A stretch of 60,124 bases of DNA, filler included, from Sphacelaria rigidula (GCA_964200075.2; 8 parts of 8 records of this genome joined end to end with filler, not necessarily neighbours in it), one strand, 5' to 3'; shown: positions 35,200-48,609, counted from the whole stretch's first letter. Made by a program: numbers and translations. Notes: generated by a model not told the origin, from the sequence alone.

Positions 35200-38060
35200 A
35201 ATAATGACCTGCCCGTTTGTGGTCGCTGGCCGCTTCATTGCTCCACCCTCTGCTAGCGTGATTGGTTTAGCATAACCTGAAATAAAAAAAAGGCACAATG
35301 TCAACCCTACCCTCATGGGGTACCAACACGGGGTGGGGCCCGAAAGGGTGAGGTGGGTGTTGACCCCTCCATCACCCGCGAACCATTGACTGGCAGTATT
35401 GCATCTACCATTCAGTTGTTTGTTAGAAGCTTTTCACCGCCGCTGTGTTTTCCAAGGTTTACTCCTCTATGATCTGTTGAGGTTGGCACCACTTTCCGCG
35501 GTATCCAACCACCGCGGTAGTGCACGGTAAGGTTTGGATGGTGACTGATCACCCCGGTACTCATTGGTACAGGAAGCAGCCACCGCGATAATGTACGGTA
35601 TCTTATTTTCGTGAGTATTTTCTTCCGCATGTCGAAACCCACGACTGTAGCTTATACTTGGACATTCGAGCAACACGGAATCGTTCGTGTCCTTGTTGCT
35701 CGCATAACTCAGATGTACGCTTAGCCTAGTGAACACAACCAGTATCTCGCAGCGAAAATATATATATATGACAGCCTGAATCCAGAGCTGCACCCAGTAA
35801 TACCAAGCACTTGTTCAGTGATCACAAACCATAAAGGACATCGTAATTACCTTCTACACAGAACTTGAAGCGCTTTCGTCCAGTCGCGTGTGTTTTAGTG
35901 TGGTACGTATGATGGTGCGTTCATGCTTCAGTACGCATCTGTCCACCAACTGTAAAACAGTAGGATCGTCGAAAAACAATACGGCAGAAAACGTCATCCA
36001 GGAAGACTGAAAGAAAAGGGGCTAGAGAAAGAATCGGAAGTGGTCTGGCGGGCATTGTAAGATCGGTCTGTTCACCAGAGATTGCAGACATTCACCCCTG
36101 TCCGACTCAGGTAACGTGGTGTTGACTTCCTTCGGCAATTCATGCATTTACTGTTCGGCGTAATATATTCGTGCGTTATGTGATAAGATTGTGATGAAAA
36201 ACCACAGGAATAGCAATGTACTGTTTGGACAGGAACGGGAGCATATGATTTGCTCGGTAACGGTCTAGGTTGGAACCGGAGCACGTCATGTGCTTGGTAA
36301 CGGTTTGTATTGGAACCGGAGCACATCGTTTGCCTGGTTACTGTTCGGGTAGAAGGGGTATTTGTGATCCATCATTGTCACGTTCCATTCATCAACTGCT
36401 GTGGTTTTGCCAAGGTAAATACACGACGCGGGGGAAAAAGCGAAATGAACCCTAGTTATTTTGTAATTTTGTACATTGTGATGAAGGTTGTGGGATTTCA
36501 GGCTGTACTCTGCACACATGGCATCGGTTTCTTCTCGAAGAACTACAACTCGCAGCGGACGCGTCCGATTTCTGCAAAAAAAATAGAATACATGACGCAT
36601 ACGAAGGGCAGAGTGAAGAGCGTTTATAGATGAGTTCGTTGAACTACAGTCGATGCGGTGCGGGAGTGTTCGGTCAGAATCCAATCCGCGATACCAACAT
36701 GTAGGGTAAGTACCGGGGGAGAGAGGGATGGGTTGATCCCTCGGGAATACGGATTCGTCCCCAGGAAGCAAATGAGGTGGAAGTTAGGATACCAAAATCG
36801 TGGTCGACACTTCAAAGCCGACTGAAATGGCGTGGGACGAGAGAGGGCGAAGTTTGTCGCTGCTCTGGTGTACCCCCCCTTGCCCGTACTCGCCCGTGCA
36901 GTGACCAACTCGTTTGTGTTGCGAGAGACTGCTGCTGCCGTGCTGCATTGCTTTCTACCTCTACAAGGAAACGCATACACCCTCCGAACCATCAGCGTTC
37001 TCAGGCATTCGACCTCTCTTCTCAAAGATCACGAATTCATTTTGGAGGCATTTGATACCGTGTATCTGTCACGACCTGTCCCTCAAGTCGCCACGTAACA
37101 GTTATCTTGGAGGTATCCGGTAGCGTGTGCATATGAAACAGTATGTCAACTTTCGAATTTCAGATCCGTGCTATACTCCGTAGACATCAATCCGTGATGT
37201 CACAATGCTACTCGCTCAATGTCGGATCGCTCCACCTTACCGCACGACACCCTTCGAAAGCACAGGGTGGGCGGATAAGGAAACGATGCTGATCCGCCCG
37301 GCACTATCGAACAGTACTCAACTCGTTCGGCCGTTTCACAATTGTACCACCCGCTCTCACATCAGAAACTGACTGACTGTTCAGGCCACCGTTCCGTACG
37401 CAACTAACGCGTCTGCTCTCAGCGCATTAGCTGATGGTCGCTTCGATGATCGGTATAACAGGTGAAGGCATACTGAGGACCGACGCCCGGATGGGTAGGG
37501 TGACTCGTGTACAGAGTCGAGCTAGGGGACATCGTAGGAGGNNNNNNNNNNNNNNNNNNNNNNNNNNNNNNNNNNNNNNNNNNNNTTAATTAATTAANNN
37601 NNNNNNNNNNNNNNNNNNNNNNNNNNNNNNNNNNNNNNNNNTTTTTTTTTTTTTCCGTCGGGGGTCGGTTTTTTCTTTGTGGCGGTGGCGGGAGTTCCGG
37701 CGTGTTCCCTCCCCCCCCCCCCCCCCCCCTCCCCATTTTTTTTCCCCCTTCTTTTCTCAGCGTCTTGGTGCTGCTGTCTAGTATGCGCGATGGCGACCGA
37801 AGACGGGCTTATGCAGTACATGAATATTTTACTGTGTATATTCCCTATATATTTTCGCTGCACCTGAGTGCCCATCTTTCTTGCTGACTGCATACACCGC
37901 AGTGCTACAGTGTCGTGTTGCGAAGTGTATACATACGTGTACAGCGCGTTTCTTTTTTTTTGTTTATTTTAGTTACAGATGAGTCGGTTTCTTATTTCTG
38001 ACTCTGAATACACTAACTGTAGCTGATTCAAGGTGGTCATTTCTCTGATCTGCCCCCTCC

Positions 38061-38105
38061 CCTCCTCACCCCTCCTCACCCCTCCTCACCCCTCCTCACC
38101 CCTCC
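38061..38105. repeat. 10-bp tandem repeat (CCTCCTCACC) x4.5
   Basis: Read directly. Confidence 0.95.
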
Positions 38106-38900
38106 CGTGCAATTTGAAGGTCAAACCGCTTTCATGATTTACGACCGCCGGTGAAGGTATGGGGCAATGTTTTGTTGCCGTGGTACCAGCGATGACCCTG
38201 TCAGTGGTGGAAGCTACCATATGTCTTTTGCGAGGATTTTTTGAACTCTTGTATGATTATTATGTTCATTTTTTTCTCGTTTATTCATGCATGTGCGTGA
38301 TGTGTTTCATTCAATGAGTGGTGCGCTTAACGTATGCTCCTGTTGAAGTCATGTTGAAGTACGACCGCTGCTGTTGCCCTTACTAGTGCAGCTCCATGCC
38401 GTGTGTGCTATGACCTGTAATTCTTGTGTGTGTGGGTTTGCTGTTCTTGGTCGATCGTGGCAGATGGGGGGGGGGGGGGGGGTCTCGATTGCTTTTTTCG
38501 GGGTTCGACATGATTATGATTGTGCCGTAAGAAATTGTTTCGTTCGTCGTTTGTTGTCTGTTGTCTGTTGTCGGGTGTTCGTGATTGTCTGATGTTGTCG
38601 ACATCGATTTTGTTGTTAATTTTGTTTAAACTGTTTGTTGTTTTCCCCGCCGTTTTTCATGTTTTTTGTTTTTTCTTCTTATTTTCATGTTACTTTGTTG
38701 CTCTTGTTTACTTGTGCGTGCATTGCACGTAGGTGTATATTGGTCAAACAAGAAGGGAGGGGAGTGGGGGGGGGGGGGGGGGGGGCTCCACGAAGCGGAG
38801 CAAAGGGGTGGAAAGGACGTACTACACGTGGNNNNNNNNNNTTGTTGTTGTTTTTTTGTTTTTTGTTGTTTGGTGTGGGGTGGGGGGGGGGTGGGGGGGT

Positions 38901-38949
<49 letters not shown>

Positions 38950-41435
38950 CGTCCCACAGCAACGTGCATAAATGGGTCGAAAGCATTACAACATGTGTGA
39001 TGGGGATGATGTATAATAATGACGAATAGGCGCTTAGCGCCTGCTCTTATTAAGACCACCAATTTGACAATTTCACCATTCGAGTTCATTTCACCATCGT
39101 GCACATTATGATGATTGCTCTAGCTTTACTAGCGTAGCAATTTTTTAATATCGATTATTGCGCCGAAAAATGGGGAGTGGGAGGGGGGCCCAGTCGTCAC
39201 CGCCGATTCCATTGAATCGGGTATTATAGTAACACGCCGTCGTGCGGGTTGGTAGAGTGGCCCGCGCTTTTTTTGCGATTCTACTACAACTGTGTTGTTT
39301 TTTCTGAAGTTTTTGGCTCACACTAAACACGAGCACTATGCGTACGTTTGTGTAATTCGTTTGATTTTTTTTAGCCGCGGCGCGTAGTGGTAGGCCCTCT
39401 ACGAACGTAGCTTGATCGCAGGTGCTGTGTGTATTTGAGCAGGGGTGAAGAAATACTCTGGAGATGAGTCGGTCGCTGGGGCAGAGGGTTTGTCTCGGGT
39501 GCGTTTCGAATGAAACACCATATTATCTTCAAGTTTGCGGGAAGCAAATAAATCTTGTCAAAAAAGACGGCCACCTAGAACGCGGTTCGGAGTAGCAAGA
39601 AAAGGGCTCTTGTTTGTGTGTGTGTGTGTGTGAGTGTGTTTTTTTTTGTGATGGTGAAGTGAATGATGAAACGTTTTTCAACCCTCGACAATTCACAGTA
39701 GCCCTTTTTCATTTTTTCCGTGCTTGCTAGCTTCGGAGGGTTGTCGGTCAGCAGGCGTTGGGTACTTGGCCCTTATCCTGTATGGGGGGAAACCACCATT
39801 TTTTACTGTACTACATATTTTCTTTCTCAGCATGGAAGTAAGTGCTTGTTGCCGTTGTCAACTCGTTGCTTCCCCAAATCAGCTTTCCGTACTACACCAA
39901 ATACTACACTTCCCACAACACCGCTATCATCCTCNNNNNNNNNNGAAACCACCATTTTTTACTGTACTACATATTTTCTTTCTCAGCATGGAAGTAAGTG
40001 CTTTTTGCCGTTTTCTTTTTGTTGCCCCCCCCCCCCTCCCCCCTCCCTTTTTCGTGTGTATTCGAACAAAAATACGCATGGAAAAGACTCGAGAATACGC
40101 GGGCTGCTGCGATTCCAAACCTCTTTTTTGTGGGGTTATACCAGAATATTAGGCGCTGGTCGTTTTTGTTGTCCCCACGTACATACTAAAAAGAGCTCTG
40201 CGTGAAGATGCGTATCGATAATTGTGGTCGAATCTTTCAAGTGTGTGTGTTTCTCTTTCCCCCCGCACTCTTTTCATATATATATATACATATCTCGCTC
40301 CAAATTTTTCGCGACAGGCATCAGAGTGGTATCATATAGAAAAGCTATCCGAGTCGTGAGTATGTATAGATATATACTGTATAGGTGGTGAATCAAGAAA
40401 CGTCAGTCAGCGAGTAGGTGGTGTAAAGAGCATGCTGAAAGAAATGATACCACCATTAGTACGAATAGTGTTTTTATAAGTCATGGCACTTTTCTTCTTG
40501 TAGTAGTACTATTTCTCAACCAGAAAAATAAAACATTTCAAGCTTGGGGAGCAGGACAAAAAGTTTGCGGGGGTGGGGAGGTGGGGAGGTGGGGGGGGGG
40601 TGTACTCATGATCATGCATGCCATAGTCATCAGACCATGGAGGGGGGGGGGGGGGGGGGCTTAGCTGCGTTTATAGAGCTATCTTCATGTTTACACACGG
40701 GATGCTCCTGCGAGGGTGGGTCATTTTGCATGATAACTTAATGATTTTTTTAATGTACCGAACGAATAATGGCGAAAGTTATAGTACCATTCATTTGATA
40801 GGGACAGTCGATTGGTATTCGAGAGAGCAACTCTTGTGTCCGACGACGTGGTAGTGTCAGGCGTTTTTTTTTTCCCTGAAGGGAGGATAAACCTTACCCA
40901 AAACCTGCCCCGCAAGCGGTTTCGTGCGCCGATTACCCGGAGTCTCGGCTAGACCGCCTCGCGGTAGTCATGTGAGGTACGCGCCTCGAGCGCTCGGAAG
41001 CCTTCCTCAAGGCAAGTGTGGGAGCCCAACCCACTTGAACCCCCCGTCAACTTCGCGCAGTGCACGCGCCACCCCTTACTCTTACAAGCCTCGGCCCTAT
41101 AGGTACTTGCAGTGTCAGGCATGTGCCGTATCGGGGGAAACTTGGTCCATCCCTTGAGACTTGAGGCTACGGAGTCGTCCCGAGGAAGAGAGAGGGATTC
41201 AACGCAATAATACCACTCATCAAATCATATTCTTACAAAAAACGCAGCGGGAAACTTTGACGCCTGCCTCGTGCGATTTAGCAAATTCACCCCTTTCCAG
41301 ATGAACGACTGCAAGGCTCAGATGACCTGCCCCAGGCGCAAGTTCCGGAGATTATGATCTACATCGCTCGACCCCCACGGGGGGAATTTGTTTTTCGAAG
41401 ATTCGTTTTTTGTTTCGCTCGAAAACGATCTCTAA

Positions 41436-41911
41436 GGCTACTTCTTATGTACATAAAAAAAAAAAGTTGTTGAAGAGTGCATTTTTGGCCCTTCTCCGTC
41501 GTTCCCCCCCCCAAATAGGGCTAGGCGGATGCTGACACCTTGGAATGACTTGCCCTAATCGCCGAGGCCGTTCCAGATCACCTCTCTCTGCGTTTTCCGT
41601 AGGTCACGGTTTTGTTTTCGGTCGAACTTGCATTTTCAATAACGGTCAAGTTACCAAAAAAACGTCAGTTTTCACCCTGTTTTTTGATAACTTGGCCGTT
41701 TGTTATTGACAAAAGCGATTTTGACCAAGAACGAAACTGTGACCTACGGGAAACGCAAACGTGCTCTGGAACCGTCTCAGCGAGTAGAGCAAGTAAGTGA
41801 TTCCACGGTGTCAACATCCGCCAAGCCCTCTTTTCGGGGGGAAAACGACGGAGAAGGGCCAAAAAGGCACTTTTCAACAAAATTCATTTTTAGATACATG
41901 AAGAAGTAGTC
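41436..41911. mobile_element. Almost fully palindromic MITE with TAA TSD (Tourist/PIF-Harbinger type)
   Basis: Arms ~41436-41663 and ~41679-41911; termini GGCTACTTC...GAAGTAGTC with TAA on both sides. Confidence 0.88.
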
Positions 41912-42003
41912 TAAACGTGATGAAAAAATGAACCCCCAACAAGTCGGTTTGGGCCAACTTTTTTTTCGCCGCATTCCAGAACTCATGACCTCCATTTCTC
42001 AGC

Positions 42004-42515
42004 GGCAAGCGACCCCGCTTGGCCGTTTGAGGGCGGGTAGAGCCGCTCAGAATGTTTGTCTGACCAAAATTGGCTAGGGAAGAGCACAGTCATGAGAGGC
42101 GCTAGGGCTGGGCCGCCCGTCGGGTCTGCCGGAGGAAGAGGGAGGAGGCGAGGGTCTTGTGTCGGGGAAAGAGGTGGTGCATGTTAAGAAGGGTGCCATC
42201 GCCCACAAGCTGTACACCAGTTTGGCGTCTTATTCTTGATCAGCTTGCCGACGGCGTGACTATGACGAATGTGGCGCCAACAAACTTTTCCCGGCCCTAG
42301 TCTCCGAGTTCAAAGCAGCCGCAGCGGAGGAGACTGTCATCATAGATGCTGGAGTAGATCCCGTTGCTGGGGTGGATGCAGCCGTTGGTGACAGCAGAAA
42401 AGCCAAGAGAATCAGATTCGGCAAGAAGGAAAATGTGTGTTTGATGAGGAGGGTCACTGGTACACACTTCGGGGGTTCTTTATGTTCCAGCACGTGGAAC
42501 AACGGCGGAGAGTAA
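42004..42515 (+). pseudogene. Decayed coding fragment, possibly transposase-related
   Basis: Long frame with few stops: ...HKLYTSLASYS*SACRRRDYDECGANKLFP...GKKENV, then frameshift to FDEEGHWYTLRGFFMF; contains a degenerate Cys cluster. Confidence 0.3.
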
Positions 42516-42796
42516 TGAGAAATGCGTGTTTTTTTTATTGTTCATGGAGGAAGTGCTTCGCGATCTTTTTCGTGTTTTATCAAACGTTTGTGGCACTCTT
42601 GAGAATAGAAGTGATCGAGTCTAGTCAGCATCGGCGGAAGCGGATCGTTTGGAGCGTGTGCAGTGCTGCAACCCTGCTCCATGGTCGATTTCGAAATTTT
42701 GAGCACCACACTCGTAATCCCCACCCCAAAATTACCCGAACTTGAAATTGTCAGCTCGATCTGCGCATTTTTCGATCGCGGGGATTTTTTTGTGAC

Positions 42797-43057
42797 GAGC
42801 AATGCTACGGTAGGAGTGCACTTTTTTCGCGAAATCTTGTCTAGATCAGGGGCTCCTAACGATTCCAGATGCACAAGAATATGGATCAGGGCATCCCCGT
42901 TTGCAAATTCACGGGGGATATCCCCAGCACATTGGTGTAGTAATCCTGGCGTACTTTCACATACTTTCGTAAGTAAGTGGTGTTTTGCATGAGATTAAGG
43001 GCTTCTAAGAATTCGAACCTCGGAAAACATTTGTGCATCCCTACCGTAGCATCACTC
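42797..43057. mobile_element. MITE (~260 bp) with GAG...CTC termini and 4-bp TSD (Sola2-like), copy 1
   Basis: TIR GAGCAATGCTACGGTAGGAGTGCA vs reverse complement GAGTGATGCTACGGTAGGGATGCA; TGAC on both flanks. Confidence 0.85.
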
Positions 43058-45779
43058 TGACCATCCCCATATTCTCCGTTTCCGCGTAATATTGGCATAC
43101 CGGCAGCGATGGAACGCGTTGAAACACGGGCACTTCTTTTTGTCTTTATCCCCAAACCTTACAAGAGTCCCTTATATATGACGTCGGATCATGCTATAAA
43201 ACGTTCAGAGACTGAGGAGCGAATTATTGGAAACCGCCCCTCCCCGCATCATAAAAAACGTAGCTTCTCTTCGAAACCCGCCCCTACAGCGGACGACAGG
43301 GTTAATTTCGAGTGTCATTCTGTCGGCCATCTATTCACGAACGGCGGCGTGAACGAAGAGAGGGATGTTTGTTGATGGTTGTTTCCGGGCAGGATGGAAA
43401 GGCATTGGGATTCCAGCCTGGATATCAATCAAAAACATTTTTTTCGCCAGATTGAGAGTCTAGCGTTTGATTGAGAATGAGAACTCGAGCAATCGGAGGT
43501 CGCATTCCATTCATTGACCAGTGGTGTTTCTTCGGGGATACTTCGGCGAGCCTGACGAGGCGCGGCTCATATAAAACCTCGCATGTTGGCGGTGGGATGA
43601 ATCCTGTTCATGTGTGGAGGTCGTGAGACTCCGTGTGACGGTAGGAACCGTCGAAGGTGGCCGATGATTTTCCTCGTGTTCATGTAGTCAAGGATTGACC
43701 GTAAGTCGTGGGGTGCAGGCAAGTAGATCGCTCGGGAAAGCTCGACGAGCGCGAGCGAGTTAGCCCGAAGAAGAAGTGATCCCCAGCGATAGCCAGCAGT
43801 TCGCTGGAAAGATCACTGTTACCTTGGGGTCTCAGATCCGGCTGTACAGATATGATGGGAGTTTCGGGGCTCCCGGGAAATACCCCTGTAACAGCCGTTC
43901 ACAAGGTTACACGTCATAGAAGGAAATCTCTCCGCACATGCCAAAATGGCGATCTTCACACACATACATGTTCATCGCAGTGGCCTCGTGAATCAGCAGA
44001 AATCTAGAATCATCCAAGATTTTCAGGAAGGTTCGATTAATATACGCTCTCTGTCTGTGCAGTAGCTTGCCACTGAAGCCACTGATATCCCTGAGTAGGA
44101 TCTCGTCGTGTAGCTGTGAGCACACGGCATCTTTTCAGTATAAAAAAACACGGACACAAGATGAAAATTTGTCAAATTAGAGCGGATAATAAAACTTACG
44201 TTCAGTCAACTTTGGACTCTCAATCTGGCGAAAGCCCTGTTCAATGTGGACATCCACAGTTAGTTACTGTAGTAGTATACTCGCAGACTGTAACCTGATT
44301 AAAGGTTGAGCACTACTGACATCAATGATACATCACAACATGCAGGCGCGAGAACCAGATTCTCTGTAAAATCGGTTGGACAACATGTGCAGGCTACTAC
44401 CCGGCAGTTCCGTTCCTGTGTGATCTTGAAAAACGAACCGAACACGGAACACTAGACTAGAACACCACCGGCCAAGGGGACAAGGCAGCACTAGAACAGT
44501 CGTCTCATCATGTATCACTTTGTCTTGCACGATGTAACATTCTGGAAATGAGTCATATCCATTGAACCATTCAGATACTTGCTATCACTAAACTACGAAT
44601 TGCCAAAAACAGAGCGATGGTGTGCACTACTGCTACTACTTTGAATTAATTGTCTGTTTTTTAATACGTTACGGGTACGGGTCGTTTGTGTTCTCCAATT
44701 TTGATTAGTTCGATCGATCGATTGCTTGTCGCACATTTCGGAGTCATCCTACTAAGATAATAGGACGGGGGGGGGAGGAGGGGGTATTTCAGACTACTTC
44801 TTACACGAAATTCCAAGTCAAATCTTCGTTGTAAGCAGCAACGGTTGTTCGAACGAGCTTGTGACAGACATATTATGACGCTCATTCATACTGCTTGACA
44901 CCGTTTATAACCAAATGCAAGCGGACCGCGCGAGTGAGTGTGGCTGGTCGTCTGACACACCTATCTATGAGCCTCTTTTATCGTGCAATCGAATACCCTC
45001 TCGAAACAGCCGATCATCTATGTTGAGGATGGTGCTTTTCATTGAGGATGAGAACCCGGAGGATTAAAANNNNNNNNNNNNNNNNNNNNNNNNNNNNNNN
45101 NNNNNNNNNNNNNTTAATTAATTAANNNNNNNNNNNNNNNNNNNNNNNNNNNNNNNNNNNNNNNNNNNNGAAAGCCCGGCGTGCTCCGTCCCGGCTTTGT
45201 AGGGATGCAGGTCAATGGTCTTATGGCTATGGCATGCATGGTCATGAGTACAGCCCCCCCCCTCCACCCCCCACCCCCCACCCCTCCCTCCTCTCCCTGA
45301 TGCATTAGACAGTAGGTGGAAAACGATCGCTGTACTATGAGATGGATGGTGGCTACATACGGCGAAACAGGACGGGGATAGGATATTTGAAAGGTTTTCA
45401 GTGTGATAATGCATGAAATAAATGTAATGGGCATCGAAATATTGGAGGCGCCTCTATTAGTATTAGGAACGGTGCTCCGTCTCGAAAGGGATGCGCAGTC
45501 AATGATCAAACGACTAAGGCAAGCAACTAATGAGTACACCCCCCCTTACCCCTCCCGAGCCTGTTCTGACGATGAACCCGGCGTGCTCGGCCCCCGCATT
45601 GTAGGGGTGCGAGGTCAACGGTATTATGACTAGGGCATGTAACATTACGAGCACACCCCCCCCCCTTCCCCCCCAAAATCACCAACCCAACGAACCGTGC
45701 TGTTGTCATCTTGTCCTTGTTACTTGTGCCACTTTTCCATTTCCGTTCTCAGATGCTGCTAGCGTTCTCAGGACACCTA

Positions 45780-48200
45780 GCTTTCATCAGTTTACCGAAA
45801 AGTCGCTCGGCTGCATGGGCCACGCCAAGGGGTGAGTGCACACCTCCACGTGTTTCGCAGATGCATGTTTTCTCCGACCGTTGACGAATGATTGCTTCGA
45901 CCCGCTGCCGGCCTACTTCATCTGACCCACGCGTACGTCACGTTAGCTTGACGCTTCTTACGGCGTACCCTCCTCGGGTTGACGGACAACAAAGGTTGAA
46001 GGCTACGTAGATCTACATTACTCACAGAAACCCCTCGCTTCGATCGGGGCGCAGCTCTGCTCGGGGAAACAACGTTGAAAGGATCCTACCGTTGGGAAGG
46101 GGGCCCTGGCTGAGAGTCACTCCTTGCACGAAGGCTCCTCTTCGAAGCACGGCTGCGAGCGGTAAGGTTTACATAACCCCTCTCGGTATCAACATGTCGC
46201 ACGCATATACACCGCCTGACAACGGTTTTCACTCACACGAGAGCCCACAGCGAGTGTTGTGAGGTCATGTCACGGTCGCAAGCTTTTAATGTTTCATGCA
46301 ACCCGTTTCCACCCCCCCCTTTTCCTCCTCATGCCGTAGGATTACTCATCATGAAGTTTCCTCGGACGTGTATCCGTCTGGCGACCGGTCATTATGTGGT
46401 GGATGACATATCCTCACTTTTCTAGAATGTTTCATCGTTGATAGCACCGCGACTATTATATATTAGGCGCCGTACTCGTCCTTTGAGGATTCTCATTTTT
46501 TCTTCACGGAAAGGCGGGAAAGGCACGGCACGGGTGTATTTCGTGCGCAAAATACATGGCACCTCAACTTCCACCGGCGGGGTATTGTCATCTTCTATTT
46601 TTAGAGCTTACTTCACATTAGCTCGATTCCTTGAAAATATCAGTTCTTTCTCTCCGACCGTAGTCACGGGGTACAAGGAGCCTACTACCCATGATCATAA
46701 AACCAAGAGTTGACAGAGGAAGAATTTACACAAAAACGGCACAAGAAAAGAACGAGCCCGCAAAAACCGATCGATCTGCAAGGAACACATTGCAAGCTGA
46801 AAAACTACCGGCGTGCGATCTAGACGACCAATTTAGCACCTACTGCGGCATATACGTGTAGAAACAGCAAACGCAGGAATCGACATGTCTCAGGCAGCGA
46901 GAACCATCCCGAAATAGCCCTAGTAATATTGGAAAAGATCCCAGGTTCAAGGAAATGAGTAAATAGCTTCATCACCGAAGCCTCAACTGACTTGGCTCAA
47001 CATCAACATGACGTGAGTTGATCACCCTATTATTTTTTCGGTGTAGCTACCCAGAGCTAATCCAAGTTCGAGAAACTCATATCTTCCTGCCCTAGAAGCA
47101 GAAAATTCGTAATGTGTAGGAAAAAGTTTAAAACTAAGGTCATATAGAACTTAGGACACTCCTAATCCCCCCTAACCTTGGCACCCAAAAAGCACCGGGA
47201 AGAAGAAGTTGAATTGACCACGTTACTGTACAGAAGACGACACAATACCGAAAGAACCGGAGCCCAAAATGAGAAGAAACGATGCCACTTAAAAGTCACA
47301 GACGCTGCCGGAAGCTGACATGGGTGATGTCGGATGTGACGAAGTCCGTCACGTTCCGAGTGTAGGCATCTGGTTTTGGAATGCATCACCGTAGAAAGAA
47401 GGTAGGCAAGGGGCAGAGTAAAGGAACGAAAAGACGTGAACAAGCGTGCAGGCTGGAGATTGCACTGAGGCCTGCTATTGAAAGCAAAGAAAAAGGCTGC
47501 CACCGATGAAAGCAAACATTGAAGGTGGGAGAGGGCAGAATGAAAATGGAACTGTACATGGTGGAGAGGGGGTTGAACGGGGAAAAGGAATTTGTAGTTG
47601 TGGTACTTACCGTTAACGGTGGTTCAGTTTTCGGCTTCGCTCCTGGTAGCCGTAGGTCGGGTACCCTGTCGGGTAGGATGAGGTTTCTTCTTCCCGGGTG
47701 GACGGTCGGTTTTGCATGGTGGCGTCACGGGGTCGCCTCCGGGAGGGGAGGGGGAATATGTATTGACTCGCGGTACTTTCCGAGGTGTGGAGTTGTCGTT
47801 TCTCGAGGCAAACGCCTCTTTCTCCTGCAACAAGTGCCGTTGGAAATACGGCAGGAGCTCGGCACGGGTGTCGTAGAAGCAGTCGTGACACCTTAATAAA
47901 TCTGGGTCATCACCCCCCGCCGAAAAGTCAAACAGTTGTTTTTGGCAGGGGTAGCTCTGCATTGGTAGCAAGAGTGAGAGCTGTTCCCGTCCACTTTGAC
48001 GAGAGTCTTTACGTAGGTGCGGCCATCGGCGTGGGCGTATACTCTGTTTTTACCGCCGTTGGGGTCGGCTATGCAGTGGTATGGAGTGCTCACCCCGATG
48101 TCCACGCCACACGCAAGGCAGAGGAAGGGGGCCTGTTTCCTGGCGCCCTTCGGGACTGGCGTTGTCTCCTGGGACACAGACACGTGGATAGTGCACGTGG
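45780..48200 (-). pseudogene. Decayed multi-exon protein kinase gene with an N-terminal Cys-rich (Zn-finger-like) exon
   Basis: Kinase-like motifs in canonical order between short GT-AG introns: GSGSFGIV (47241-47264), GAK| (47177), VEASVMKLFTHFLE (~46946-46987), RQTD..GNFMM (46347-46383), LKACD (46275-46289), VGSFQRCFPE (46060-46089), NTWRCALT (45831-45854). CLAC, CYQC and CHDC lie in the frameshifted ORFs 47893..48339 and 47624..47971. Many stops. Confidence 0.65.
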
Positions 48201-48609
48201 AACACCTGTCGATGTTGAACGAATCGGGAGAAGGACGAAGGGACGGTTGCGGAAAGTTTAGCGAGGAAAATACGGAAGGAAACATAGTTGTACTGTGAGC
48301 GAATGCGTGACGAACGGGTGTTGAAAGCAACGATGTCAAGTAGGTGGAAAAGCAAGGAAGTGGGATAATAGGTTACTTTCGGTAATCAGGTTACTCCTAG
48401 ATGAACTTACAGTGGGAAAACCACCGGCCTGTTAGTAACTGTGGCATTCTATACAAGCAAGTACAGCATGTAGGAGTGTGTTGTATTGTGTCAACAAAGA
48501 AGGTGGGAGGTTCCCCTCTAGCGCCCCGTTCCCTATGTGTGTTAAATCGTGGGCTGAAAATGGGTGATGTCAACTCCTGCGGGAAAGTACGACGAACGCA
48601 TGCGTTAAA

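Noticed and set aside
39790..40003. ~58-bp direct repeat around a 10-N gap
   Set aside because: Probably overlapping contig ends within a scaffold, i.e. an assembly artefact.
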